From Dipteris shenzhenensis (taxonomy: Eukaryota): a stretch of 64,000 bases of DNA. The stretch lies in NCBI GenBank assembly GCA_047967505.1, contig CM106538.1. One strand, given 5' to 3'. Made by a program: the position numbers and the translations under genes. The notes below the pieces were generated by a model. It was not told the DNA's origin. It worked only from the letters and a program-made list of their open reading frames with translations, and did no database searches. Shown here one piece after another: positions 37,108 to 48,511 of this stretch; the first letter of the stretch is position 1; the number at the start of each line of letters is the position of its first letter.

Positions 37108-40100
37108 ATGAATGACGCTGGGAGTGAGCCAGGGGGAACATCGCGCTCTCCGGCACGGCCTCGGGAGCCTGCAACTCCAGTATCGGCACGTACAACCCGC
37201 GAGGAACGGCATGACAGATATGTGGCTCAACGTGATCTTCTCTTCGGCTTCTTCACGGATAGTGAGAGTAGTAGCCGCTCTGACACACCTCCGCTGATCC
37301 CAGGAGAGGAAGGTCCAGTCGTTTCCGGTGTTCAGGAGAAAGGCGAATCCTCCGGACGCAGTAGCCCGCTCGATTTAACAAGTACTCCTCCGGAAGACGA
37401 AGCGTCACCGTTGCGGAATTCCCCACCACCGAGTCCCAGGAGACGGAGGGGTGGTGTGCCTGCAGGAAGCGGAGCCCCAGGTCCGTCACCAGATCCCGGT
37501 AGGGGAGATGGAGGCGGTGGAGGCGGAGGCGGGGGTGGAGTTCCGGCGGTAAGTAGCGCGGCTATTCCACCACTGGTACCCAGGATGACGGTGAAGTACC
37601 CCAAGTTTTCGGGACGGGATAAGGAGGATGCGGATGCACATATACTGTCATTTGAGATGGCATGGATGGTGAATACGGCTCCACCAGTGCAGGCGACAGA
37701 TCTTATGAAGATGGCGACTTTCATCCCGACACTGTAGAAGCAGGCGGCAGTATGGATCGTGCAATATGGAGCTACCCATTTCGCACGTTTGATCTACTGC
37801 GGGATGCTTTTTTGCTCCGGTTTCGGGAGGACAAGACCCGTGTTCATGTCCTGGCCAAACTGGGGAGACTGGAACAGAAGAACCAAGAAGTGGAGGCGTA
37901 TGCGGCCAGGTTTCGGTCGTTGATCCGCCGCCTCGATGCAGCAACTACCCCGGCAGTCCCCATCCAAAATGCTTACTTCATGGAGGGGCTGAATAAAGGA
38001 TTGAAAAGGTCCCTGGCATCGTTGGATCTGGACGCTCTTTCATTGGAAGAAGTCGTCCAAGCAGCGGTGAGGGCGGAACAAGTTCTGTTTACTTCCAAGG
38101 GAAGGAAAGGAAAAGTGAAGTATGAGGAGGCTGAGGGAGACTCCGATACCGATAATGAGGAGGAGTCGGATCAGTCGGATGAGGAGGAGGACAAACGTTC
38201 CATGAGGCGGAAGGCTGGAAAAGCGGCAGGGAAGTTATTTCCAGAAGGATCTGCTGCCGGAGCCAAAAGCCGGGATAGTGGAATAGGGTCCTCTTCAAAA
38301 GTTCGCAAGGATACTTGGTGTAATCGGTGCCGGAATGCAGGACACTTAGCAGAGGAATGCGGTTTGAATGAGCGGTGGTGTGCGATTTGCCAAACAGCGA
38401 CGCATACCACGGAGATCTGCCGCTATAACGCACGAATAGCCGCGACACCAGCGGTGGCGGCGGTAGTTGCGGCACCAGCCGCAGCACCAGCCGCGGTACC
38501 AGCCGCACCGGCGAAAAGACCTTGGCGGCCGAGAATGGCTGGAACAGGTGCAGATGAACCAGCAGGGGAACGGACGTTCCTATGTTTTTATTGCAATCAA
38601 CCCGGACATAGAAAGGTAGATTGCGAATTATTTAAGCGCCACAAGGCGGAAAAGGAAGCCAACCCGGGGATCCGGAGAAGGCAAGTCCGCACCAGCAGTG
38701 AATGCGGTTCTGATTATCGAATGCGATGATGCCAGTCAGCAACAGGATAGCAAGGAGCCTAGTCCGAAGTCCGAAGAAGTACCGGAAGTACCGGCGGGTG
38801 TCCCTGTTGAAGGCAAAGTGGGAGGAAGTGCGAGCGGAGATGTGCTCGTGGTCACACGATCCCAGGAAAAGGTGCGGGAATACAAGGCCCAGCAAGAGAA
38901 GGGGAGACCCACGGCGTTGGACTGGCAGGCACAACAAAAGGTGCGGTCGACGGTCGGTGAATGGGTCCAGAAAACCCCAACGGTGTTACCTAGGCCGAGC
39001 GCGGAAAAGGCAGTCTCGGTGACGGAGAATGGTGTGAAGGTGGCAAGGCGCCTGCAAGGAGAGCAGCCAGAAGCGACTTGTCTACCTACCAGTCAGAAGG
39101 ACAGCCTGATGACCGGCGAGGAGGGTGTTGAACCATATGATTTATGGCAGGATTTGCGGAAACAGCAAATACACATGACAATGGAGCAATTGTTAGCATT
39201 GGTACCCAATTTCCGGAGTTCTCTCATCAAACAATTGACGGAACCAGTCAGGGCGATGGAGTCGGAGATGGAAGCGGTAACAATGGAAGTGTCGTCAGAC
39301 GAATCTGCAAAGCCTGCAGCGGAAGTACAGCCTCCTGTTTTTGACGAAGCGGTCCCGGTAATTTCCGTAACACTGGAGAACAGCCGTGTGGGAGGGGTGT
39401 TGCTGGACGGAGGGTCTGGGGTCAACATCCTGTCCGAACAAATGCTGGTGCCATTGGGTATCACAAAATGGGAATCAGCACGCTTCGCCGTTCGGATGGC
39501 AGACCAACGGAGAGTGCAGCCGTTAGGATTGCTCCGTGGATTGAAAATGGAGGTTTGCGGCGTGAAGTTCGAAATCGCTGCGGTGATTCTCCGGATGGAG
39601 GATATTAGCGGGTCATACCCGTTATTGCTCGGAAGACCGTGGTTGCGGCAGGCCCGTGTGAAACAAGACTGGCAATCAGACCGCATCACCATTCGGAAAG
39701 GAAAAAAGAAGCTGAAGCTCTCGGTACATACCAAACAAGGGCTGAGGACACCATTCCGACCGACGATGGCGGAAGGTATCCATATGATGGACGGAATGGG
39801 GGTCGAAGAGGAGGATGACTACTTCAGTAGGAATACGGAGCTGGTAAGCTTGTTCGAGGTCGATGTGGTTGCCGTTTTAAAGCAATATCAGCATCAGATT
39901 CCCTCGGCTACGCAGGAGTCATCCAGTTCCACGAAAGAACCAGTCGAAGGGAGTCTACCGGAAGGCACAGGAGACATGCCGGACGAAGCGGGAGTGGCGG
40001 AGGCGGAAAGAGTTTTCGAGCAGGAACTCCGTCGCTCGCGGAGGGTCAAAGAAGACGAGCTGCTGGATCTTAACCTCGGGACGGAGGAGGAGCCAAAGAA

Positions 40101-42625
40101 CGTCCGTGTCAGTGCGAAGCTCGATAAAGGATTTCGGGGAAAATTGGAGACATTGCTGAAATCCTTCAAAGACGTGTTCGCCTGGGACTACACAGATTTG
40201 CTCGGCATCGATCCCAAATTCTATCAGCACAGGATCAATCTGCAGAAGGATGCGATACCGGTTCGGCAACAACGGTATAGAATGAACCCGAACTATGCCC
40301 AGAGGGTGAAGGAGGAGCTGGACAGGTTGCTAAAGGTCGGGTTTATCTATCCGGTTGACCGTGCAACGTGGCTTTCGCCAATAGTGATTGTTCCGAAAAA
40401 GAATTTGAAGTTGCGGGTCTGTGTTGACTACAGAAAGCTTAACGCGGCGACAATCACGGATCCGTTTCCCTTGCCGTTTAATGATACTATGCTGGATACA
40501 GTGGCAGGTCACGAGATGTATTCTTTTCTGGATGGCTTCAGTGGGTATAACCACGTGCAGATGGCACCAGAAGATCGACAGAAAACAGCCTTCATCACGG
40601 AGTGGGGAGCATTTGTTTTCCTGGTGATGGCATTTGGGCTAAAGAATGCTCCGGCAACATTTCAACGCATGGTCCAAGAAATATTTGAGGATTATTTACT
40701 AATCTTTATGCAGGTATTTCTGGATGATTTCAGTGTTTTCGGGAGTCGCGAGCAGCACCTTGAGCATCTGAAGAAATGCTTAACCCGGTGTAGGGAGGCA
40801 CGGTTGTGTCTGAACCCTATGAAATGTGCATTCGCCGTGGGCAGCGGTATGCTGCTGGGTTGCATTATCTCGGCGGAAGGCATTGCGGTAGATCCGGCGA
40901 AGGTCGAAGCGATTCGGCAGGCCAAGGTTCTTGGCAACGGTAAGCAGCTCGGGAGATTCCTAGGGCAGGTTAAATGGCACAGCCGAATGCTGCGGTATCT
41001 GGCGGATGTGGCGACACCACTGTATGACCAACTCAACAAAGTACCGATAAGCTGGTCTCCTGTTTGTGACTTAGCTTTTCGACGGCTCAAACTGATGTTG
41101 GCGACAGCACCGGTGGTTCAGCCGCCAGATTGGACGAAGATGTTTCATGTCTTCGTGGATGCCTCGGATGTGGCTATTGGTAGTGTCCTCATGCAGGAAG
41201 CGACAAGCAAGTGGTTCCGACCGGTGTATTATGCAAGTCGCAGGTTGTCAAAAGCCGAACGGAATTACTCTACGACGGAGCGGGAAGCATTGGGGATGAT
41301 TTATTCCGTAACAAAGTTTCGTCACTACCTGTTGGGGAATTGGTTCACGTTTCATGTGGATCATTCCGCCTTGTTGTATTTGGTACACAAGCCCGAGCTC
41401 ACTGGAAAGTTGGCCCGGTGGATGCTGCTTTTACAGGAGTTCGACTTCACGGTGGTCCATCGACCAGGAAGTACACATACCGTAGCGGATTACCTTTCGC
41501 GGTTGGAATCTGGCGAAGACCCGATGGGTGTGGAAGACGATTTTCCGGATGCCCAGCTGTTCGAACTGGAGGCGGTGGTACTGGCAGCTCCAAAGACGTG
41601 GTACGACGACATGTTTCACTTTGTCGACACGGGCCAGATGCGCGACGGAATGTCGCGAGACCAGCGGAAACGGCTCGCGCTCAAGAGCAGAGACTTCCGG
41701 ATCATTGCTGACCAATTGTATAAGCAGGGGCTAGATGGTGTGTTGCGACGGTGTGTGTACCCACATGAGCAGGAGGTCATCCTGGAAGAGGCTCACCAAG
41801 GAATCAGCGGTGGACACTTCGCAGGAGAAGTAACCGGACGGAAGGTACTCCAAGGAGGTCTGTGGTGGCCAACATTAATGGGGGATGCGCATAGGTTCGT
41901 CAAAAGATGCGATGTGTGCCAGAGGTTGGGCCAGCCATCAGGTCGGGACCGGATGCCGCATAATCCCACACTGGCCCTCGAACCGTTCATGAAGTGGGGG
42001 CTGGACTTTGTAGGTCCGTTTTCGCCGCCGGCGAGGAGGACAGGTAACCGGTATATCCTGGTGGCGACGGATTACTGTACCAAATGGGTGGATGCCAGAG
42101 CACTGAAGGATAATTCGGCAAAGGCTGTGGCCAGATTCCTTTATGAAGCCATTATGACACGGTACGGATGTCCGGTTGAGCTCGTCACGGATCAAGGTGG
42201 GCATTTCATTAATGCGGTGTTACGGGAACTGGTTACCCGGCACCTAATCATTCATAAGAAGTCCACAGTGTATTACCCTCAGGCAAACAGACAGGCGGAG
42301 TCCTCGAATAAGGTGTTGCTAGTCATTCTGAAAAAGCTGGTCAATGAAAATCGGACAGATTGGGATGAAAAACTTTACTCCGCATTATGGGCGTTCCGGA
42401 CTTCCTATAAGGTTGCGACGGGGTTCACGCCATTCAAGTTGGTTTACGGAGTTGAAGCAGTGGTCCCCATGGAATTCCTAGTACCGAGTCTGCGGATTGC
42501 AGCGGCAGAGAAATTGGGCTGGGACGAGTCCGTAGACCGGAGGATTGAACAGCTGGATCGGCTGGGTGAGGAGCGGTTCAACAGTGCGTATCTTGCACAG
42601 GTAGTCCAGGACAGACGGCTGGGTG
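37108..42625 (+). pseudogene. Segment S2: gag-PR-RT-RH-INT core, disrupted in gag
   Basis: Stop at 37735-37737 and frameshifts near 37785 and 38660. Motifs LLDGGSGVN (PR), FLDD (RT), DASD...EREA...DH (RH), DFVGP...TDQG...E (INT). Confidence 0.92.
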
Positions 42626-45600
42626 AATTTGAAGTTGCGGGTCTGTGTTGACTACAGAAAGCTTAACGCGGCGACAATCACGGATCCGTTTCCCTTGCCG
42701 TTTAATGATACTATGCTGGATACAGTGGCAGGTCACGAGATGTATTCTTTTCTGGATGGCTTCAGTGGGTATAACCACGTGCAGATGGCACCAGAAGATC
42801 GACAGAAAACAGCCTTCATCACGGAGTGGGGAGCATTTGCTTTCCTGGTGATGGCATTTGGGCTAAAGAATGCTCCGGCAACATTTCAACGCATGGTCCA
42901 AGAAATATTTGATGATTATTTACTAATCTTTATGCAGGTATTTCTGGACGATTTCAGTGTTTTCGGGAGTCGCAAGCAGCACCTTGAGCATCTGAAGAAA
43001 TGCTTAACCCGGTGTAGGGAGGCACGGTTGTGTCTGAACCCTATGAAATGTGCATTCGCCGTGGGCAGCGGTATGCTGCTGGGTTGCATTATCTTGGCGG
43101 AAGGCATTGCGGTAGATCCGGCGAAGGTCGAAGCGATTCGGCAGGCCAAGGTTCCTGGCAACGGTAAGCAGCTCGGGAGATTCCTAGGGCAGGTTAAATG
43201 GCACAGCCGAATGCTGCGGTATCTGGCGGATGTGGCGACACCACTGTATGACCAACTCAACAAAGTACCGATAGTCTGGTCTCCTGTTTGTGACTTAGCT
43301 TTTCGACGGCTCAAACTGATGTTGGCGACAGCACCGGTGGTTCAGCCGCCAGATTGGACGAAGATGTTTCATGTCTTCGTGGATGCCTCGGACGTGGCTA
43401 TTGGTAGTGTCCTCATGCAGGAAGCGACAAGCAAGTGGTTCCGACCGGTGTATTATGCAAGTCGCAGGTTGTCAAAAGCCGAACGGAATTACTCTACGAC
43501 GGAGCGGGAAGCATTGGGGATGATTTATTCCGTAACAAAGTTTCGTCACTACCTGTTGGGGAATCGGTTCACGTTTCATGTGGATCATTCCGCCTTGTTG
43601 TATTTGGTACACAAGCCCGAGCTCACTGGAAAGTTGGCCCGGTGGATGCTGCTTTTACAGGAGTTCGACTTCACGGTGGTCCATCGACCAGGAAGTACAC
43701 ATGCCGTAGCGGATTACCTTTCGCGGTTGGAATCTGGCGAAGACCCGATGGGTGTGGAAGACGATTTTCCGGATGCCCAGCTGTTCGAACTGGAGGCGGT
43801 GGTACCGGCAGCTCCAAAGACGTGGTACGACGACATGTTTCACTTTGTCGACACGGGCCAGATGCGCGACGGAATGTCGCGAGACCAGCGGAAACGGCTC
43901 GCGCTCAAGAGCAGAGACTTCCGGATCATTGCTGACCAATTGTATAAGCAGGGGCTAGATGGTGTGTTGCGACGGTGTGTGTACCCACATGAGCAGGAGG
44001 TCATCCTGGAAGAGGCTCACCAAGGAATCAGCGGTGGACACTTCGCAGGAGAAGTAACCGGACGGAAGGTACTCCAAGGAGGTCTGTGGTGGCCAACATT
44101 AATGGGGGATGCGCATAGGTTCGTCAAAAGATGCGATGTGTGTCAGAGGTTGGGCCAGCCATCAGGTCGGGACCGGATGCCGCATAATCCCATACTGGCC
44201 CTCGAACCGTTCATGAAGTGGGGGCTGGACTTTGTAGGTCCGTTTTCGCCGCCGGCGAGGAGGACAGATAACCGGTATATCCTGGTGGCGACGGATTACT
44301 GTACCAAATGGGTGGAGGCCAGAGCACTGAAGGATAATTCGGCAAAGGCTGTGGCCAGATTCCTTTATGAAGCCATTATGACACGGTACGGATGTCCGGT
44401 TGAGCTCGTCACGGATCAAGGTGGGCATTTCCTTAATGCGGTGTTACGGGAACTGGTTACCCGGCACCTAATCATTCATAAGAAGTCCACAGTGTATTAC
44501 CCTCAGGCAAACGGACAGGCGGAGTCCTCGAATAAGGTGTTGCTAGTCATTCTGAAAAAGCTGGTCAATGAAAATCGGACAGATTGGGATGAAAAACTTT
44601 ACTCCGCATTATGGGCGTTCCGGACTTCCTATAAGGTTGCGACGGGGTTCACGCCATTCAAGTTGGTTTACGGAGTTGAAGCAGTGGTCCCCATGGAATT
44701 CCTAGTACCGAGTCTGCGGATTGCAGCGGCAGAGAAATTGGGCTGGGACGAGTCCGTAGACCGGAGGATTGAACAGCTGGATCGGCTGGGTGAGGAGCGG
44801 TTCAACAGTGCGTATCTTGCACAGGTAGTCCAGGACAGACGGAAGGTCTGGGTGGACCGTCATTCAAAGAAGAAGACCTTCAAACGGAGAGATGCCGTGA
44901 TATTGTTTAACACTCGGATGGGTCCGCATCCGGGTAAGCTGAAGTTACGGTGGGGAGGTCCGTATTGGGTGGTGGAGCGTTATGGTGACGGCACGTTCCG
45001 ATTAGGAACAGTACAGGGGGAGCTGTTGCAGAAGCCGGTAAATGGATTTCGTCTCCGACCATATACAGGGCCCATGCCACCTTACCCATTTCCGGAGATA
45101 CCACCTGTGATGATCATTTCCAATGCATTTATAGCCATTTCGGTGGAGAAACCGATGATGGGGGCTATTAGTACGCACGTATGGTATCACTCACTTTATT
45201 CCGAGAAACGGTGGGAGCAAAGCTTCGTGTCGCGGAGCGAGGACGCCGCCATGCAATCTACTGAATCTTCGAAGTGGGGCTTTTATCAGGATGATGGGAC
45301 ACTTGATCGTTGCATGCAAACAAGGAGTTCACCAGGGCATCCAAAAGGCAATTTGGAAGCAAAAGGGGGCTTATTTCCGACTCTTTGTTTTCCAGAACTC
45401 TTCTCCCTCGCATCCCAGCTTCTCGCCGCTATGGTGGTCTTCCATCTGATCAATCCGTTACCTGTTGGGGATGAGGCTGTGCAGTCTTGGCTGACACGAA
45501 CTCGTCTGGTGGAGTTCGCGGGTTTGCCATGGGCTACGACACCAGTTCATCCATTGGCGCAAGATATCTTGGCGCAGCTTGCACGCGGGCGCAAGGTCGT

Positions 45601-47869
45601 GGTGTATGGAAAGACTTTCACCTTGTGCAAGGAGCTGGTAGCGGCCCGGTTGCACTTGCCGGTGGATGGTCCATGCAAAGTCACGAAGCTTACCAGCAGT
45701 GCCATGGAGGCAGCTCTCGGCGCAGGTTGCAAGGGGGAGTACAACATGAAGAAGCTGGATGCTTCGAAGAAGACATGCTACAAGTTTATTGCGGAGGCAC
45801 TCTGGCAGAAGGTGAAAGCAGAGCTACTGGGACAGGCCCAGTTTACCTATTTCCAGAGGGCGGAGCAAGGGAAACCGGTTCCCTCGGCGAAGCTGATGGC
45901 GGACAGAATTCTGGAGGTGGCCAAGAAGCTCTTGAAGCCAACGGCAACATCCCGGATGGGGCAAGTCTTATTTCTTTTGTTCGGACCAGATGCGGAACCG
46001 GTAGTCCCAGGGTCGTATGTGGAGGTGGAGGAGTCCACAGACGATGCTTCGGACAAGGAGTCCAAGGAGGTGGAACCAGCAAGATCAACAACGGAGGGAG
46101 CTCTGATGCCAAGGAACCAGGTGACTCCGGTAGTACCTGCGGTGGAGGTTACGGCGATAGTACCTGCGGTGGTGGTTCCGGCAGAAGTTCCACAGGGCAG
46201 CCAGAGGAGTAGGCCCGCGGTCTCAGCAACATCGAGCCGCATGGCCAGTTTATTGAAAAGAAAGTTGGCTCTTGTGCCGGAAGGAGCAATGTTGAAGAAA
46301 ACCCGCCCGGACGCTGAGGCCTTGCAAGGGGAAAGCTCAGTCCACACTCGGGAGGACAGTTCGGGGAGACAGGCATGTCAGGAGGAAACCTGTGTAGTCC
46401 CAAGGGGGAGTGGTGAGCTGCAGCTATCTCCGCCGGTGGAGACATATGATCTGGTCACGGCACGACGGTTGGCGGAGCGCTTGCTCCAATGTTTTCAGAA
46501 GGGGCAGCTGGAGGAGAATGAGGCGAGGTTGCGCCAGGAAAATGCCAGGCTGCTCGAACGCAATCAACAGCTGCAGGAGCAGTTGTTACAATTCCAACAG
46601 ATGGATGCACGGCGACAGCAGGATATGGAGGAAGCAAGGACGGCGATTGTCGCCCAAACTCAAGAACACCTGCGGCTGACGGAACAATTGACGGAGAAGG
46701 CTACAACTGCGACCGCCAGGGTGCAGTTGTTGGAAGCGGAAGTGATGGGGTACCGGCAACCCTCTAGCTCTACACGCATGCTGGACGAGGCACTTTTGTT
46801 GGATTTATCGGAAGCCTTCGTCGCAGAGATGCAGGGTATTTTTCTTGATCATCAACGTCAATTGCGAGTAGAGCTGGAGCGGGCTTGCAGGCCTCTCGAT
46901 CGACGGTTGGCCCGGAGGGATGAGGATGATCCGGCGGGAGGGGGCGCAGGAACAGCATTTTTACCACTAGTACCGGTGACGAAAACTGCGGCACAACTGG
47001 AGGGTGGAAGTTCTACATCGGCAAATACTCTCGGGAAGCAGACAGCGGCGGGACCGGTGGATTCTTCCGAAGGCTATGTCAAACGGATCGCCGAACTGGA
47101 AGAAGCCCTCCGAAGAGCGAAGGCCAGAGGAAAAAGACCCGAGATCGCACAGGTTCCCGCAATGAAGCCACGACCCCAAGCGGACGCAGCAGCCGCTTTT
47201 GTGGCAGCTTTTCCGGAGCCAGCGGACGGGGAATCCTTTGACGCAAGGCAATTTTTGCAGCGGCAAGAACACGTCGCGGTGGTGCAACAGCAGTGTGACG
47301 ATGCCAGATCTCAGCTGTTGGCACTCAAGCTCGCCCGGAAAGAAGAGCACCATCAACATGAAGTTGAGGTGAAGAGCCTCATGGCAGATTTGCTGAAGAT
47401 CAGAGCTACTACGGCAGAACAATCAACAGGTGCCCAAACCAAGGAATTGGGGTGGGTAATGAAACGACTGGATGGTGTGGCGAAGAAAGCAGATCGCAGT
47501 ATGCGGGTAACCGATCTCGAACTCGCTCTATCTGAGAAGACCCGACTGCATGAAGAGGAGCTACAACAGCTGCGGAGAACGAGTCATGTTGAGAGAGCAG
47601 CTATGTTGGTCGACCTGCGGACAGCATGCCGCTATATTCATCGGATGGCGGCAGTAGCTCAGCAGGCGGGGGCGGCGGCACCACCTTTCTATGGACAGCT
47701 CCAAATTTTTGTGGATGCCCATGCTCTCAACCCGCAGCAGCTACCTTTACTTCGACCGGCGCAAGCGGCTCCGGCAGTACAAGTACCGGCGCCGGCGGCT
47801 CCAGCAGTTCCAGCGGCAGCAGCGGCGGTGGCGGACGATGACGGTGGCGACGTCGAGGATGAACCGTAG
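42623..47869 (+). CDS. Segment S3: open frame RT-RH-INT(GPY/F) plus ~930-aa extension; 5'-truncated by a junction
   Basis: 1748-aa ORF. The listed start is a junction artefact. Confidence 0.9.
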   Translation: MNLKLRVCVDYRKLNAATITDPFPLPFNDTMLDTVAGHEMYSFLDGFSGYNHVQMAPEDRQKTAFITEWGAFAFLVMAFGLKNAPATFQRMVQEIFDDYLLIFMQVFLDDFSVFGSRKQHLEHLKKCLTRCREARLCLNPMKCAFAVGSGMLLGCIILAEGIAVDPAKVEAIRQAKVPGNGKQLGRFLGQVKWHSRMLRYLADVATPLYDQLNKVPIVWSPVCDLAFRRLKLMLATAPVVQPPDWTKMFHVFVDASDVAIGSVLMQEATSKWFRPVYYASRRLSKAERNYSTTEREALGMIYSVTKFRHYLLGNRFTFHVDHSALLYLVHKPELTGKLARWMLLLQEFDFTVVHRPGSTHAVADYLSRLESGEDPMGVEDDFPDAQLFELEAVVPAAPKTWYDDMFHFVDTGQMRDGMSRDQRKRLALKSRDFRIIADQLYKQGLDGVLRRCVYPHEQEVILEEAHQGISGGHFAGEVTGRKVLQGGLWWPTLMGDAHRFVKRCDVCQRLGQPSGRDRMPHNPILALEPFMKWGLDFVGPFSPPARRTDNRYILVATDYCTKWVEARALKDNSAKAVARFLYEAIMTRYGCPVELVTDQGGHFLNAVLRELVTRHLIIHKKSTVYYPQANGQAESSNKVLLVILKKLVNENRTDWDEKLYSALWAFRTSYKVATGFTPFKLVYGVEAVVPMEFLVPSLRIAAAEKLGWDESVDRRIEQLDRLGEERFNSAYLAQVVQDRRKVWVDRHSKKKTFKRRDAVILFNTRMGPHPGKLKLRWGGPYWVVERYGDGTFRLGTVQGELLQKPVNGFRLRPYTGPMPPYPFPEIPPVMIISNAFIAISVEKPMMGAISTHVWYHSLYSEKRWEQSFVSRSEDAAMQSTESSKWGFYQDDGTLDRCMQTRSSPGHPKGNLEAKGGLFPTLCFPELFSLASQLLAAMVVFHLINPLPVGDEAVQSWLTRTRLVEFAGLPWATTPVHPLAQDILAQLARGRKVVVYGKTFTLCKELVAARLHLPVDGPCKVTKLTSSAMEAALGAGCKGEYNMKKLDASKKTCYKFIAEALWQKVKAELLGQAQFTYFQRAEQGKPVPSAKLMADRILEVAKKLLKPTATSRMGQVLFLLFGPDAEPVVPGSYVEVEESTDDASDKESKEVEPARSTTEGALMPRNQVTPVVPAVEVTAIVPAVVVPAEVPQGSQRSRPAVSATSSRMASLLKRKLALVPEGAMLKKTRPDAEALQGESSVHTREDSSGRQACQEETCVVPRGSGELQLSPPVETYDLVTARRLAERLLQCFQKGQLEENEARLRQENARLLERNQQLQEQLLQFQQMDARRQQDMEEARTAIVAQTQEHLRLTEQLTEKATTATARVQLLEAEVMGYRQPSSSTRMLDEALLLDLSEAFVAEMQGIFLDHQRQLRVELERACRPLDRRLARRDEDDPAGGGAGTAFLPLVPVTKTAAQLEGGSSTSANTLGKQTAAGPVDSSEGYVKRIAELEEALRRAKARGKRPEIAQVPAMKPRPQADAAAAFVAAFPEPADGESFDARQFLQRQEHVAVVQQQCDDARSQLLALKLARKEEHHQHEVEVKSLMADLLKIRATTAEQSTGAQTKELGWVMKRLDGVAKKADRSMRVTDLELALSEKTRLHEEELQQLRRTSHVERAAMLVDLRTACRYIHRMAAVAQQAGAAAPPFYGQLQIFVDAHALNPQQLPLLRPAQAAPAVQVPAPAAPAVPAAAAAVADDDGGDVEDEP

Positions 47870-47926
47870 CGGAGAACCGGTGGGTTCGGATGCGGATCCG
47901 GAATCCGATTCACCGGGAGTGCCAAG

Positions 47927-48405
47927 TGTTAAGGGCAAAAGCAGCAACAGCAAAGAGGAACTAGGGGGGGAGTCCTTAGATCATTATCATTAATACGTTG
48001 TATCTAGTTTATAGTGAGATATGAAAAGACGGAAGTTCTAGGACCAGGCGGAGAACTGAAGAGGCACGGCAACCATCACGGCAACCGTGAAGGAGTTATG
48101 TGTGCCGGTTAGATAAACGAGAAGAGAGCGATCATTCGGGGGGCTCATTGATGAGTATCGGAGCAAGGATCAGTGTGATCAGAAGAGGAACATTGTTATG
48201 TATCAGAGAGTACGGTGTTGTACTGCTCGGAGAAGTGTAATACAGATATTCTATTGCATCTACCTTATTGTTTTATCATGAATGATTCTGTCGATCACTG
48301 TTCTACTCTATGAATTTTCATACGCAGTTCTGAAGTTCGATTACGCATGTAAATCTGTCGCAGTAGTGCGTTTCGAGTTAGTCTTCAGAGTAGAGAGGGC
48401 TAACA
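47927..48405 (+). repeat. LTR3, shared as 3' LTR of S3 and 5' LTR of S4; PBS at 48409-48418
   Basis: Preceded by the element 3' end and followed directly by CTT-TGGCGACCAC and gag. Confidence 0.95.
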
Positions 48406-48511
48406 CTTTGGCGACCACGGAAGATTTCCATGTTCGTCGCGGTGGATACCCCGGAGAGGTTGGATGCTCCCCATCTGTAATACTCTGATTCCTCGGTGCG
48501 TGGACTAGCGC

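Noticed and set aside
45431-47869. Calling the extension a retroviral-type env
   Set aside because: No evident signal peptide or transmembrane helix by eye; left as an unknown accessory domain.
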